DNA of 64,000 nt from Candidatus Marsarchaeota archaeon (GTDB lineage: Archaea > Micrarchaeota > Micrarchaeia > Micrarchaeales > CABMGC01), in NCBI GenBank assembly GCA_023379055.1, contig JAMCSX010000017.1, positions 35,868 through 99,867 of the forward strand. Reading direction: 5' to 3'. A model generated the notes under the pieces. It was given only the letters and a program-made list of their open reading frames with translations, searched no databases and was not told where the DNA came from. Of the stretch, positions 46,490 to 54,706 are shown piece after piece. A program made the translations under genes and the position numbers. Positions within the stretch are counted from its first letter, which is position 1. Each line of letters opens with the position of its first letter.

Positions 46490-47389
46490 ATGCACTTCCT
46501 CGTATCTGTTCCAATAAACGAGAACCTGGCGTCATTCATAGGAAAGAAGGGGTCCGAGGACGGCTTGGTATTCTTCAACAGGAAGCTGGGAGATAATACG
46601 ATAGTGGCAATAATGCCTGCGAACAAGGAGGACAGGGTATATTACAACATGGCTGAATCAATGCTGATATGCACACAGATAGTAATAAGCACGGAGACTG
46701 TGGATAAATCACTGGGCGAGGCAGTAGTAGCTGCATCCCTTGCCGGAAAACATATCATAATAACCGATGACAATGATGTATCCGGAATAGTTGGGGGTCT
46801 GCTTGAGGATTTTGAGGTGGCACCGATGGATGCGCTTCTGGACAGAATAACTGGCAGGAACGAAGTGCATGAAGGGAGATTGAGAATTGACGTGGACAAG
46901 TCATTTCCGGTAAAGGGCATAGGCACTGTTGCGCTCGGCATAGTGACAAATGGCGTTGTGAAGGTGCATGATACGCTTTATAGCGGGGACGGAAAACAGG
47001 CTACAGTCAAGTCAATACAGAGCCAGGATATTGATGTGGCTGAGGCAGGATATGGGACCAGGGTGGGTCTTGCACTGAAGGGAATAGAGCATAACGATCT
47101 TGGAAAGGGAGATCTGCTTCTTGCCGAGCCGTATAGAAGGACAAGGGCCGCAAGAATAAGCCTGCGCATAAGCCCGGCGTCAAAGGAGGCGATAGAGCCG
47201 CAGGGAAGGTACATGTTCGTGTCTAATCTATCACGCGCCTTCTGCAAGATGGAGGAAGTTGGCGCAGATTCGGCAAGGGTGGCGTTTGAAAAGCCGCTAT
47301 CCGTACTCAGCGGGGACAGATTCCTTCTGATACGTGATGCCAGCCCAAGAATATTCGCTTCAGGAACAGTAACGGAGTGCATTATCTAG
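46490..47389 (+). CDS. EF-Tu/SelB-like protein with a degenerate (motif-less) G domain
   Basis: Domain II is clear: FPVKGIGTVALGIVTNGVVKVHDTLY...ATVKSIQSQDIDVAEAGYGTRVGLALKG. The N-terminal ~125 aa align to a G domain, but the P-loop, DxxG (reads MPAN) and NKxD (reads TDDN) are all lost. The start is moved to the Met at 46490, after the upstream stop. Confidence 0.7.
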   Translation: MHFLVSVPINENLASFIGKKGSEDGLVFFNRKLGDNTIVAIMPANKEDRVYYNMAESMLICTQIVISTETVDKSLGEAVVAASLAGKHIIITDDNDVSGIVGGLLEDFEVAPMDALLDRITGRNEVHEGRLRIDVDKSFPVKGIGTVALGIVTNGVVKVHDTLYSGDGKQATVKSIQSQDIDVAEAGYGTRVGLALKGIEHNDLGKGDLLLAEPYRRTRAARISLRISPASKEAIEPQGRYMFVSNLSRAFCKMEEVGADSARVAFEKPLSVLSGDRFLLIRDASPRIFASGTVTECII

Positions 47390-47946
47390 AGTTTGTGCCA
47401 CATGTCCCAGAACTGTCCGCGCAGCCTGCTTATCTCGTCGCTGTTATAGGTTATGCTTATCTGCTCGAGGTTCCTGTGCGTGCCCTTGTACGTGAGGTTT
47501 GCAGATCCGGTTATCGCCATGTTATCCGATATGTATATCTTTGCATGAACGAACTGCCTTGGCACCTTGAGGACTATGTTCTGTTTTCTTGATGAGTACT
47601 TGAACAGGCCTATCGCAGCAGGGATCAGGGAAGGTATTATTAACATCAGGCCCAGGCCTGCCAGTGTGGATACGGATACAAGGAGCATTGATAGGAGCAT
47701 GTATCCAAGGACCGCGAATGGGCTTTTCCTGCCGCTCAGGCGCCTGCTTACCTCCTGCTCTATGGATGACGCGATTATGTAGAATCGCCTATCACTGCCA
47801 GAGTCCGAGAGCATTCTTGCATAATAGTCATCTATGTAGGGCGAGACTATCAGTATGTCACCCGCAGAATTTATCAGTCCGTTTATGTACTTATGCGTGT
47901 CAATGCCGCAGTAATGTGTGCTGCCTTCCGGCTTCCCTCCTCCCAT
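47386..47946 (-). CDS. PLD/HKD-fold (Nuc-like) protein interrupted by a two-helix membrane hairpin
   Basis: 186 aa with a single HKD motif, HAKIYISDNMAITGSANLT. About 41 hydrophobic residues (FAVLGYMLLSMLLVSVSTLAGLGLMLIIPSLIPAAIGLFKY) are inserted between the N-terminal half and the HKD half. Confidence 0.65.
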   Translation of the reverse strand: MGGGKPEGSTHYCGIDTHKYINGLINSAGDILIVSPYIDDYYARMLSDSGSDRRFYIIASSIEQEVSRRLSGRKSPFAVLGYMLLSMLLVSVSTLAGLGLMLIIPSLIPAAIGLFKYSSRKQNIVLKVPRQFVHAKIYISDNMAITGSANLTYKGTHRNLEQISITYNSDEISRLRGQFWDMWHKL

Positions 47947-47979
47947 GATTATATTATGTGTGCTCTAGAATAAATTCCT

Positions 47980-48672
47980 TTATGGCGTAACACCGAGGAA
48001 GTGTCCAATCAGGAATCCCGTGAATCCGGATGTCAGTCCGATCAGCGCCATCCTTATCCCGCTTTTCAATATGGACCCGCGCGTTGTCTTGGCCTCGTAG
48101 TATCCTATAAAGAATAGAGTTATACCGCTGAGCACCACAGATCCGATCATGCCACTCTCAACGCCGTTACGGAATATTATAAATGGGAGTATTGGTATAA
48201 CTGAGCCGAATATTGTTGCGGCTAGAACAGTCGCAAAGCTCTTGAGGGGCGCTGACTTGTCAACTGGAGAGAGCTTTAGCTCGAATGCCATCATAAACTC
48301 CACCCACGCTTTCTTGTTTGAGCAGATAAGGTCGGTGAGGTTCTTCAGCTTTCTGCCGGCATAACCCCAGCCAGATAGCACGTCGCGAACCTCCTGCCTT
48401 TCCACATGCGGTATCTGCGCTATCTCCCTGTGCTCCTGCTCCGCCTCTTTCAGATAGAGCATGCGCCTTGACCTTGTGGACGTATATGCCACCGCCCCCA
48501 TGGATATCGACTCTGCACCCAGTGCGGCAAGTGCTGCCACAAATATTATCCTGAAGTCAGACGTGGCTGCAGACACTCCTAAGAGGATTCCTAGTACGTT
48601 TACAAGGCCGTCCTGGCTGCCAAGTATAAAGTCGGACAGGAAGGTTGGATGCGCATGATCCTCGCTATGCAT
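47980..48672 (-). CDS. VIT1/CCC1-family iron/manganese transporter
   Basis: Contains FILGSQDGLVNVLGILLGV and C-terminal TM helices. The start is moved to MHSEDHAHP (48672; ORF-track start 48867). Confidence 0.75.
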   Translation of the reverse strand: MHSEDHAHPTFLSDFILGSQDGLVNVLGILLGVSAATSDFRIIFVAALAALGAESISMGAVAYTSTRSRRMLYLKEAEQEHREIAQIPHVERQEVRDVLSGWGYAGRKLKNLTDLICSNKKAWVEFMMAFELKLSPVDKSAPLKSFATVLAATIFGSVIPILPFIIFRNGVESGMIGSVVLSGITLFFIGYYEAKTTRGSILKSGIRMALIGLTSGFTGFLIGHFLGVTP

Positions 48673-48790
48673 CTGCCTAACATTATATGCTGTCAAGTAC
48701 TCACTGAAAAGCTTGAGATAGGATGGATAGGAAACATATAAAAGAGCTTCGTAGCATAAGGATATTGCCGCGTGCATTTGGCGTGTTGTT

Positions 48791-49495
48791 ATGAAAACCG
48801 ATGCCTTCCTGTTTGTAATAGCCGTATTGGCAGTGCTTGTAGTTGGGGCTATGCTTGCATTAAGCATTCTCTATCCAAACGGAGCGCAGGGACCCCAGCA
48901 GGCGAGGCGCATATCCATAAGCGCATCTGGAATAGCTTATGCATCGCCGAGCATGGCAACTATGTATGTAATGATCAACGGAAGTGGTTATACACCTGCC
49001 ATGGCAACGGCAAACCTGTCTGACACCATGAACGCATTCAATTCGACTGTGCTGAAGTACATAGAGGGCAACGTGAGCGGGATAACAACGCAGTCGTACT
49101 CGATGCGAAAGGTGTACAATAGGACGGCATACCAGGCCACGGAGTTTGTGACAGTGTCAATACCAGACATAGGGAATGTAAGCCCGCTTCTTGGATCCAT
49201 ATCATCAATAAACAATGTATATGTTGATCAGGTAGAGGCGCGGCTCTCTGGAAACCAGACTAGCGCAATGATCAATGATGCGCTTTCAATGGCAGTCCAG
49301 AATGCAACGTCACAGGCGCGGGAGATAGCCGGGAACAGCACGCTTACCATAACAAACGTATCGGTGTATGGCACACCAAGGTATTTCTATTATCCGCTTG
49401 CTGCAGCTGCCGAGGCCGGAACCAATGGACAGCTATATTTCAATGGTCGGCAAGGCGTGCGCGAGACAGTGAGCATTGAATTCTTGTACAGGTAG
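48791..49495 (+). CDS. SIMPL/DUF541-domain secreted protein
   Basis: 234 aa with an N-terminal signal anchor. The middle and C-terminal pattern (...LSGNQTSAMINDALSMAVQNATSQAREIAG...) is reminiscent of DUF541. Confidence 0.65.
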   Translation: MKTDAFLFVIAVLAVLVVGAMLALSILYPNGAQGPQQARRISISASGIAYASPSMATMYVMINGSGYTPAMATANLSDTMNAFNSTVLKYIEGNVSGITTQSYSMRKVYNRTAYQATEFVTVSIPDIGNVSPLLGSISSINNVYVDQVEARLSGNQTSAMINDALSMAVQNATSQAREIAGNSTLTITNVSVYGTPRYFYYPLAAAAEAGTNGQLYFNGRQGVRETVSIEFLYR

Positions 49496-49511
49496 CGTCA
49501 GTGGAGTGACT

Positions 49512-50021
49512 TCATGTATTTGCGCAGCCCAGACATGCGCTGGGTAAGCTCCGCTTTGTTGCCACTTCTCTTACAAGCCCGCTCCACTCCTTTGCGCGCG
49601 ACACGAAGAGCCTGTCAGCTCTGCACGCGCTGGGCACTGATACCTGAAGATATACATACAGCTCAGGGCTTGATTCCACTATGCTTGATACAAATGGCAT
49701 TAGGAATCTGAAGCTCGTGCTGCTCGACCCTGAAAATCTTTGTATCCTCAGCAACTTCCACGAATCTGCGGTGACAAAACCGACAAAATATGTAAGAAAT
49801 AGCACTGTGCCCATCATCTCATCGTGCTTTCTTGGCGACATGACCAGCGTCCTGAACCCCTTTGGCCCAAGATAGTGGCCCATGGCTGACGAAAGCCTTG
49901 CCTCTTTCCCGTTTGTAGGGGTTAGTGTTATATTCTGCCCAGTCGCTTCTGCAGATGGACCGAACATCGGGTGCACCCCGAGAATAGCGCCATGCTTTAT
50001 GTACCTATGCATCATCTTCAC
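49512..50021 (-). pseudogene. tyrA: prephenate dehydrogenase (TyrA) remnant lacking the N-terminal NAD-binding domain
   Basis: The ORF has only 16 residues before the catalytic-His motif (GVHPMFGP). No GxGxxG Rossmann segment is present, and pheA ends 12 nt upstream. The helical C-terminal domain is partly recognisable (SPRKHDEMM, SSPELYVYLQ). Confidence 0.55.
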
Positions 50022-50033
50022 GGGAAATACGGA

Positions 50034-50861
50034 CTAAGCATGCCTATCGAACCTTGCCCGCTTGTATGATCCAAGCACCTTTACGAAATCCGAAGATTCG
50101 CAGAGCTCCTTGACCGCATCCCTCATCTTCTTCTCCCAGATGCCCGAATCGCAGTCTATATAGAAATTGTACTCCCATGGAGTTCCGGGAATTGGCCTTG
50201 ACTGTATGTAAAGAAGATTGACCTTGTTGTGTGCAAACGCGTTAAGCGCCGTGAACAGGGACCCTGACTTGTTCTTTGCACTGAATGTTATGGCTGTCTT
50301 GTCAGGATTATCCACATCCCCGGATTTCGAGATTATCAGGAAACGGGTGTAGTTATGGCGGTTAGACTGTATGTCCCTTGCAAGCACATTCAAGCCATAA
50401 ATCTTTGCTGCCCTGGCGCTGGCTATTGCTGCAGCATCCCTGATTCTCGATCCTGCAAGCATCTTTGCACTTCCTGCAGTGTCGTAAAAGGGAACGGATT
50501 CAAGCCTATGGCGTTCTATGTAGTCGCGGCACTGTGCCAGTGCCTGCTGATGTGAATACACGAACTTCAGGTTTGCCAGCTTAACGCCCCTTTGGGCCAT
50601 AAGACAGTGGGATATCCTGACTATGTCTTCCCCGATTATCGAAAGGTCTGATTGAAGGAGCAAGTCGTAGGTCTGGGTAACCGCACCCTCTATTGAATTC
50701 TCTATCGGCACTACGCCGAAATCTGATTCAGATTCTACTGATTCGAACACCTCCGGAAGGAACTTGCAGTACCTTAGCCCTATTTTCCCGCCACCGAAAT
50801 ACTGCAACGCGGCCTGCTCGCTGTATGACCCGGTCTCGCCATATATGGATATCCGCTTCAT
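50034..50861 (-). CDS. pheA: prephenate dehydratase (PDT + ACT domains)
   Basis: 275 aa. Contains NYTRFLIIS, and the ACT region carries LLYIQSRPIPGTPWEYNFYID. Confidence 0.85.
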   Translation of the reverse strand: MKRISIYGETGSYSEQAALQYFGGGKIGLRYCKFLPEVFESVESESDFGVVPIENSIEGAVTQTYDLLLQSDLSIIGEDIVRISHCLMAQRGVKLANLKFVYSHQQALAQCRDYIERHRLESVPFYDTAGSAKMLAGSRIRDAAAIASARAAKIYGLNVLARDIQSNRHNYTRFLIISKSGDVDNPDKTAITFSAKNKSGSLFTALNAFAHNKVNLLYIQSRPIPGTPWEYNFYIDCDSGIWEKKMRDAVKELCESSDFVKVLGSYKRARFDRHA

Positions 50862-51012
50862 AATAACAGCCCCTCTGCACCCAACATCTGATTGCAGAAT
50901 TACGCAGCTAACTTATATAGTTACAAGTTTTAATATCTTATGCGCAGGTAGTAGCAGAAGGGTCTTGAACAGGCTAACTCACGGCAAGCCGTAGAGCATT
51001 TGTCGGGATTGG

Positions 51013-52317
51013 ATGAATAACGAAACTGGCAACGCAAAAAACCAGTTTAGGTGGATGTATCCATATTTAGTGTTTAGCATTGCGGCCGGACCACTCACGA
51101 CGCTGATACAGCTTTATATATTAAGAGTCGGCGGAGGAGTGCTAGATGTGTCATATGCAATAACATTTGCAAGCGCAATAACCATACCTGCAGTCTTCTT
51201 CTGGGGCATTGTAACGGACTTCGTAGACAAAAGAAAGGCCTTCCTCGTATTGGCATATCTTATAACAGCAATATTGATAGCCAGCCTCCTATTCATAACA
51301 AGCGTGTTTGGGATAATAGTGATCTATACGCTTATAGCATTCATAGGCGCAGCTACGGCTGCGCCTCTGGAACTTCTGGTGATGGAGACTGTGCAGAAGA
51401 GGAGATGGTCTCACAATTTTTCCGTGCTTCAGGCGCTTGGGTCTGCAGGAATGGTGGCAGGGTTGGTAATGGCTTGGATAATAACCGGCCAGTCTGACCT
51501 AGGCCTGCTCATAATTGCACTTGCAATAGTAGCGTTTGCCTCGGCAGGACTTGCAGCAGGATTGATGAGCGAGCCGCGCAGGGCACACAAGAGGCTATCT
51601 CTTTCGGGCCGTATCCACTTGTTCGTGTACAGGCTGATAGGGCTGCCGCATGTGCTCGTGAGGATACCAAACCCCGGTGACTTGAAGGATGCGTTCGGAT
51701 TCGGTAGGCGGGTGAAGGTTAAACGGAACTTCGTGCCGATGTTCTATGCAGCGTCATTTATCTTCTTCTTTGGCTCGTCAATATTCAATACTGAATATCC
51801 AGTCGGACTGGAGTTCTTCAATGTTAGCTCGTCGGCAATATTCTTTATCATGCTTTTTGCAATGATAATACAGTCAATCGTATTCTGGTACTACGGCCGT
51901 TTTGCAGCCCACAGGAAGCGGTACTGGGTGGCATCCGCGTCGCTATTCCTGCGTGGCATCGCATACGTAGCGATAGGGATGATGTTCATATACCTTTCAG
52001 GCCTCCTGTTTGAGTTCAGCAACCTGATAATTTATTCAATAGCAGCAGGAATGGCATATGCGGTGTATTATACGACTGCATACTCGCTCTTCTTCAATAC
52101 GCTGTCGGCCAAAGGCAGAGGCACTGCAATTGGGATATACACCGCAATTGCAGGAATCGGCACGTTTACTGGAGCGCTCGCCTCTGGAAATGCGGTAATT
52201 GCGCACGGATTTGGCGACACATTCATAATCGCAGGGCTGTTTATGTTCCTCGGCAGTTACATATTCGAATCACTTCCTCGCAGTAACGTTGTGGTAAGGC
52301 CGAGGCCATCAGGTTAG
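51013..52317 (+). CDS. MFS transporter
   Basis: 434 aa with about 12 TM helices in a 6+6 layout and a central loop. Confidence 0.75.
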   Translation: MNNETGNAKNQFRWMYPYLVFSIAAGPLTTLIQLYILRVGGGVLDVSYAITFASAITIPAVFFWGIVTDFVDKRKAFLVLAYLITAILIASLLFITSVFGIIVIYTLIAFIGAATAAPLELLVMETVQKRRWSHNFSVLQALGSAGMVAGLVMAWIITGQSDLGLLIIALAIVAFASAGLAAGLMSEPRRAHKRLSLSGRIHLFVYRLIGLPHVLVRIPNPGDLKDAFGFGRRVKVKRNFVPMFYAASFIFFFGSSIFNTEYPVGLEFFNVSSSAIFFIMLFAMIIQSIVFWYYGRFAAHRKRYWVASASLFLRGIAYVAIGMMFIYLSGLLFEFSNLIIYSIAAGMAYAVYYTTAYSLFFNTLSAKGRGTAIGIYTAIAGIGTFTGALASGNAVIAHGFGDTFIIAGLFMFLGSYIFESLPRSNVVVRPRPSG

Positions 52318-52456
52318 CAGGTTGGCATGGCCAGCCCAGTTACTGTCAGGAATTTTCCGCCTGTACCAAAACAGAGTTCGCATCAATTCTGAGAGTGCAA
52401 TGCAAGGCCAACCGGCAGTGGCAGATTTAAGTATTCTATGCTTCAAATTATTATTT

Positions 52457-52762
52457 ATGAAGGAAGAGCAGGTAATAAGCAGGCTTGCCATATATACCAT
52501 AAAGAAGAACAAGGTCAAGTATGTCTCTGATGCCACAAGGGAATTCCTTGGCCAGGTGCATGATAAGGAGCATGGAATAGTGACATATAGGGTCTTCCAG
52601 AACAAGAAGAAACCGCATGAATTCATACATTTCATGGTCTTCAAGAACAGAAGGGCAGAGAAGCTTCACAAGTCTGCAAAGCACATGAAGAGGCTGGTAG
52701 ACATAATATATCCGAATTCCTCCAAGGAACCCGTATTTATTGACCTTAACAAGGTACATTGA
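52457..52762 (+). CDS. ABM (antibiotic-biosynthesis-monooxygenase-like) ferredoxin-fold protein
   Basis: About 101 aa starting from MKEEQVISRLAIYTIKK. The pattern ...GIVTYRVFQNKKKPHEFIHFMVFKNRRAEKLH... fits the family. The start is moved from 52322. Confidence 0.55.
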   Translation: MKEEQVISRLAIYTIKKNKVKYVSDATREFLGQVHDKEHGIVTYRVFQNKKKPHEFIHFMVFKNRRAEKLHKSAKHMKRLVDIIYPNSSKEPVFIDLNKVH

Positions 52763-53435
52763 GGGGCGGTGCAGAACCTGGAGGATCCTCATAGTTCCTT
52801 CGATATTAGATTCTGATTTTGGCAGCCTCGGGGAGGTGGTAAGGGAATTGGAGAGATGCAAGGCAGACGGTGTGCACATAGATGTAATGGACGGGATGTT
52901 TGTGCCTAACATAACAATGGGCCCTGCAGTGATATCAGCCGTGAGGAAAGGCACGCACATCCCATTTGAAGCGCATCTTATGATAGAAAACCCGGAGAGA
53001 TACATAAAGCAATTTTCAGAGGCGGGATCGGACAGGATAATTGTACATTATGAAGCCACAGCGGACATTAAGAAAGTGATAAGGTCCATACGGATGTGCG
53101 GTGCAGAACCTGGAATTGCGATAAATCCGGAGACCAGTTTCAAGTCGGTTAGCAGATATGTGGACAGCATCCATACACTGTTGGTGATGAGCGTACATCC
53201 CGGCTTCGGCGGCCAGAAGTTCATTGATAGATCACTCAGAAAGATTGCTGAGGCGCGGGACTTCAAGAGCATGAACGGCTGTGATTTTGCCATAGCCGTT
53301 GATGGTGGGATAGATCTGAAAACCGGAAAAGACGCAGTCTCAGCAGGAGCAGAAGAGCTCTGCCCTGGTTCTGCAGTCTTCAGATCAGGAAACATACCGA
53401 ATGCCATGAAAAAATTCAGAATGCTTGGAAAATAG
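52740..53435 (+). CDS. rpe: ribulose-phosphate 3-epimerase
   Basis: Contains PSILDSDF, HIDVMDGMFVPNIT and MSVHPGFGGQKF. The start is uncertain because it overlaps the upstream gene by 23 nt. Confidence 0.85.
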   Translation: MTLTRYIEGRCRTWRILIVPSILDSDFGSLGEVVRELERCKADGVHIDVMDGMFVPNITMGPAVISAVRKGTHIPFEAHLMIENPERYIKQFSEAGSDRIIVHYEATADIKKVIRSIRMCGAEPGIAINPETSFKSVSRYVDSIHTLLVMSVHPGFGGQKFIDRSLRKIAEARDFKSMNGCDFAIAVDGGIDLKTGKDAVSAGAEELCPGSAVFRSGNIPNAMKKFRMLGK

Positions 53436-53515
53436 ATTTGCTTTGGCCAAAAAGGGGATTTTGCTTGGTGCTTTTGGATTTTTAGCCGACTGATATCAAA
53501 ATATTGAACGACGAT

Positions 53516-53528
53516 CTTAGGAGGGGAT
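53516..53528. repeat. 13-bp copy (cttaggaggggat) of the 3' end of tRNA-Thr(UGU); att-like distal repeat
   Basis: Exact match to 55193-55205, which lies inside the tRNA gene (T-arm/acceptor 3' strand), in the same orientation and 1.68 kb away. Confidence 0.6.
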
Positions 53529-53538
53529 GGGAAAATAA

Positions 53539-53576
53539 TTCAACCACCAACGGGGTTGGTGGAATGCTCTAGGTAT
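53539..53576. repeat. orphan copy of the IS200 outer-end hairpin block ttcaaCCACCAACgggGTTGGTGGaatgctctaggtat
   Basis: Aligns with 22383-22420. The stem change C>A in the 5' arm is matched by G>T at the pairing position of the 3' arm. No transposase gene is adjacent. Confidence 0.8.
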
Positions 53577-53599
53577 ACTACATTGATATCCCATACATA

Positions 53600-53728
53600 T
53601 CATTTCGCATATTCTTCGGGTGCCTTATCAAACTTTTCTTTGCATCCAAGAGAGCAGAAACGGTACTCATCGCCGGTCTTGGACGAGAAGATGGCCTTTG
53701 CAGATGCACGGCCTTGATGCACAGGCAT
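53600..53728 (-). CDS. YHS-domain miniprotein (42 aa)
   Basis: Below the ORF-track cutoff, so translated by hand: MPVHQGRASAKAIFSSKTGDEYRFCSLGCKEKFDKAPEEYAK. The C-terminal Y.FCS.GCKEKF...PE.Y is the YHS signature. The usual N-terminal Cys of DPVCGM reads His here. Confidence 0.6.
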   Translation of the reverse strand: MPVHQGRASAKAIFSSKTGDEYRFCSLGCKEKFDKAPEEYAK

Positions 53729-53792
53729 AACTCAGGAGACTATTGCTTTCGAATTCATACCATAGCTTAACAAGTACCGGATTTCTATGTTA

Positions 53793-54560
53793 TTAAAGTC
53801 CATCTTCAATAAGTAGTTCTGACGACATATTCATTATTTTATTCCAATTGGCTATTTTTAATCTTTTAAGTTTCTTTCGTAGTATAAGGTATGCAAGGGT
53901 ATAGCCTGCCCAGTGCGGAAATTCCTTATCGTCTGGACTTAAGAAGACCCTGTAATGAAGGTCTCTGCTTTTAATATCCAATTTCCCATTCAGTTTTGCC
54001 CACGTTTTTTGGGCCTGAGAGTTTGTTATGGCTGTTGACCAAGGCCTTATTGTTCCAACGCTATCCTCCTCAAAACACTGAGCTAGGCCTTCTAGGACTA
54101 GACTATCTAGGAGAGTAAAGTATCTAGGCAATTTGATTCTTTGGAATCTTATCGCATGATTGAATTCATGTGCAACCGTACCTATTATATACTTCTTCCA
54201 TTTAGATTTGATATTTATTGTGAGAAACAAAGTGTATGCGTTTTGTGTATAACCCGCTATTCCGCCCATTTTATCCTTAACAAATTCATCCTGAGTAGAA
54301 GAAGCAATAATTACTATATCATTTTCAATCTTTAGTAATTTTGATGCCGTCAGTAGACCCTTCTTTAAGAAGGGTATTGTTTTTTGCAGATTCATCTCAT
54401 AGTTTATTATGATTTTATAATTTCCAATTTTTAAATGTGAGACATCAAAATGCCTACCAACATCCCCAACGAGCTTACTTTGATTAGGAGTCATCTTTCT
54501 TGTCTCCATTTCTGTTTTTGTTGCAATCATATTCTCGCCTACTATAATATGTTCGTTCAT
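53793..54560 (-). CDS. putative zinc metalloprotease (DUF2268-like, HExxH)
   Basis: 255 aa with GTVAHEFNHAIRF. The gene is very AT-rich: 26% GC by hand count over 53793-53892, against 52% over 627-726. Confidence 0.65.
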   Translation of the reverse strand: MNEHIIVGENMIATKTEMETRKMTPNQSKLVGDVGRHFDVSHLKIGNYKIIINYEMNLQKTIPFLKKGLLTASKLLKIENDIVIIASSTQDEFVKDKMGGIAGYTQNAYTLFLTINIKSKWKKYIIGTVAHEFNHAIRFQRIKLPRYFTLLDSLVLEGLAQCFEEDSVGTIRPWSTAITNSQAQKTWAKLNGKLDIKSRDLHYRVFLSPDDKEFPHWAGYTLAYLILRKKLKRLKIANWNKIMNMSSELLIEDGL

Positions 54561-54624
54561 ATTATTAATGCTTTCAGTCGTATTTTCCCGATATATTGTC
54601 CTGAGAGTACTTATTTAATCGTGA

Positions 54625-54656
54625 CATCCTCCCACCGATAAATCGTGTGGGCTTCC
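54625..54656 (-). repeat. hairpin repeat copy A (minus strand: ggaaGCCCACaCGAtttaTCGGTGGGagg)
   Basis: 5-bp outer stem plus 3-bp inner stem with a ttta loop and conserved flanks. The partner copy lies 160 bp away in the same orientation. Confidence 0.75.
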
Positions 54657-54706
54657 AATGATTGATGATTTTTATGAAAAACCAAAAACCAAATATAGTT
54701 CTCAAT

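Noticed and set aside
47386-47389. Convergent genes whose two stop codons overlap in the palindrome CTAG.
   Set aside because: This is real but is a trivial consequence of genome compaction. Several other convergent 3' overlaps occur in the window, for example tpiA/nagB and pheT/rfcL.
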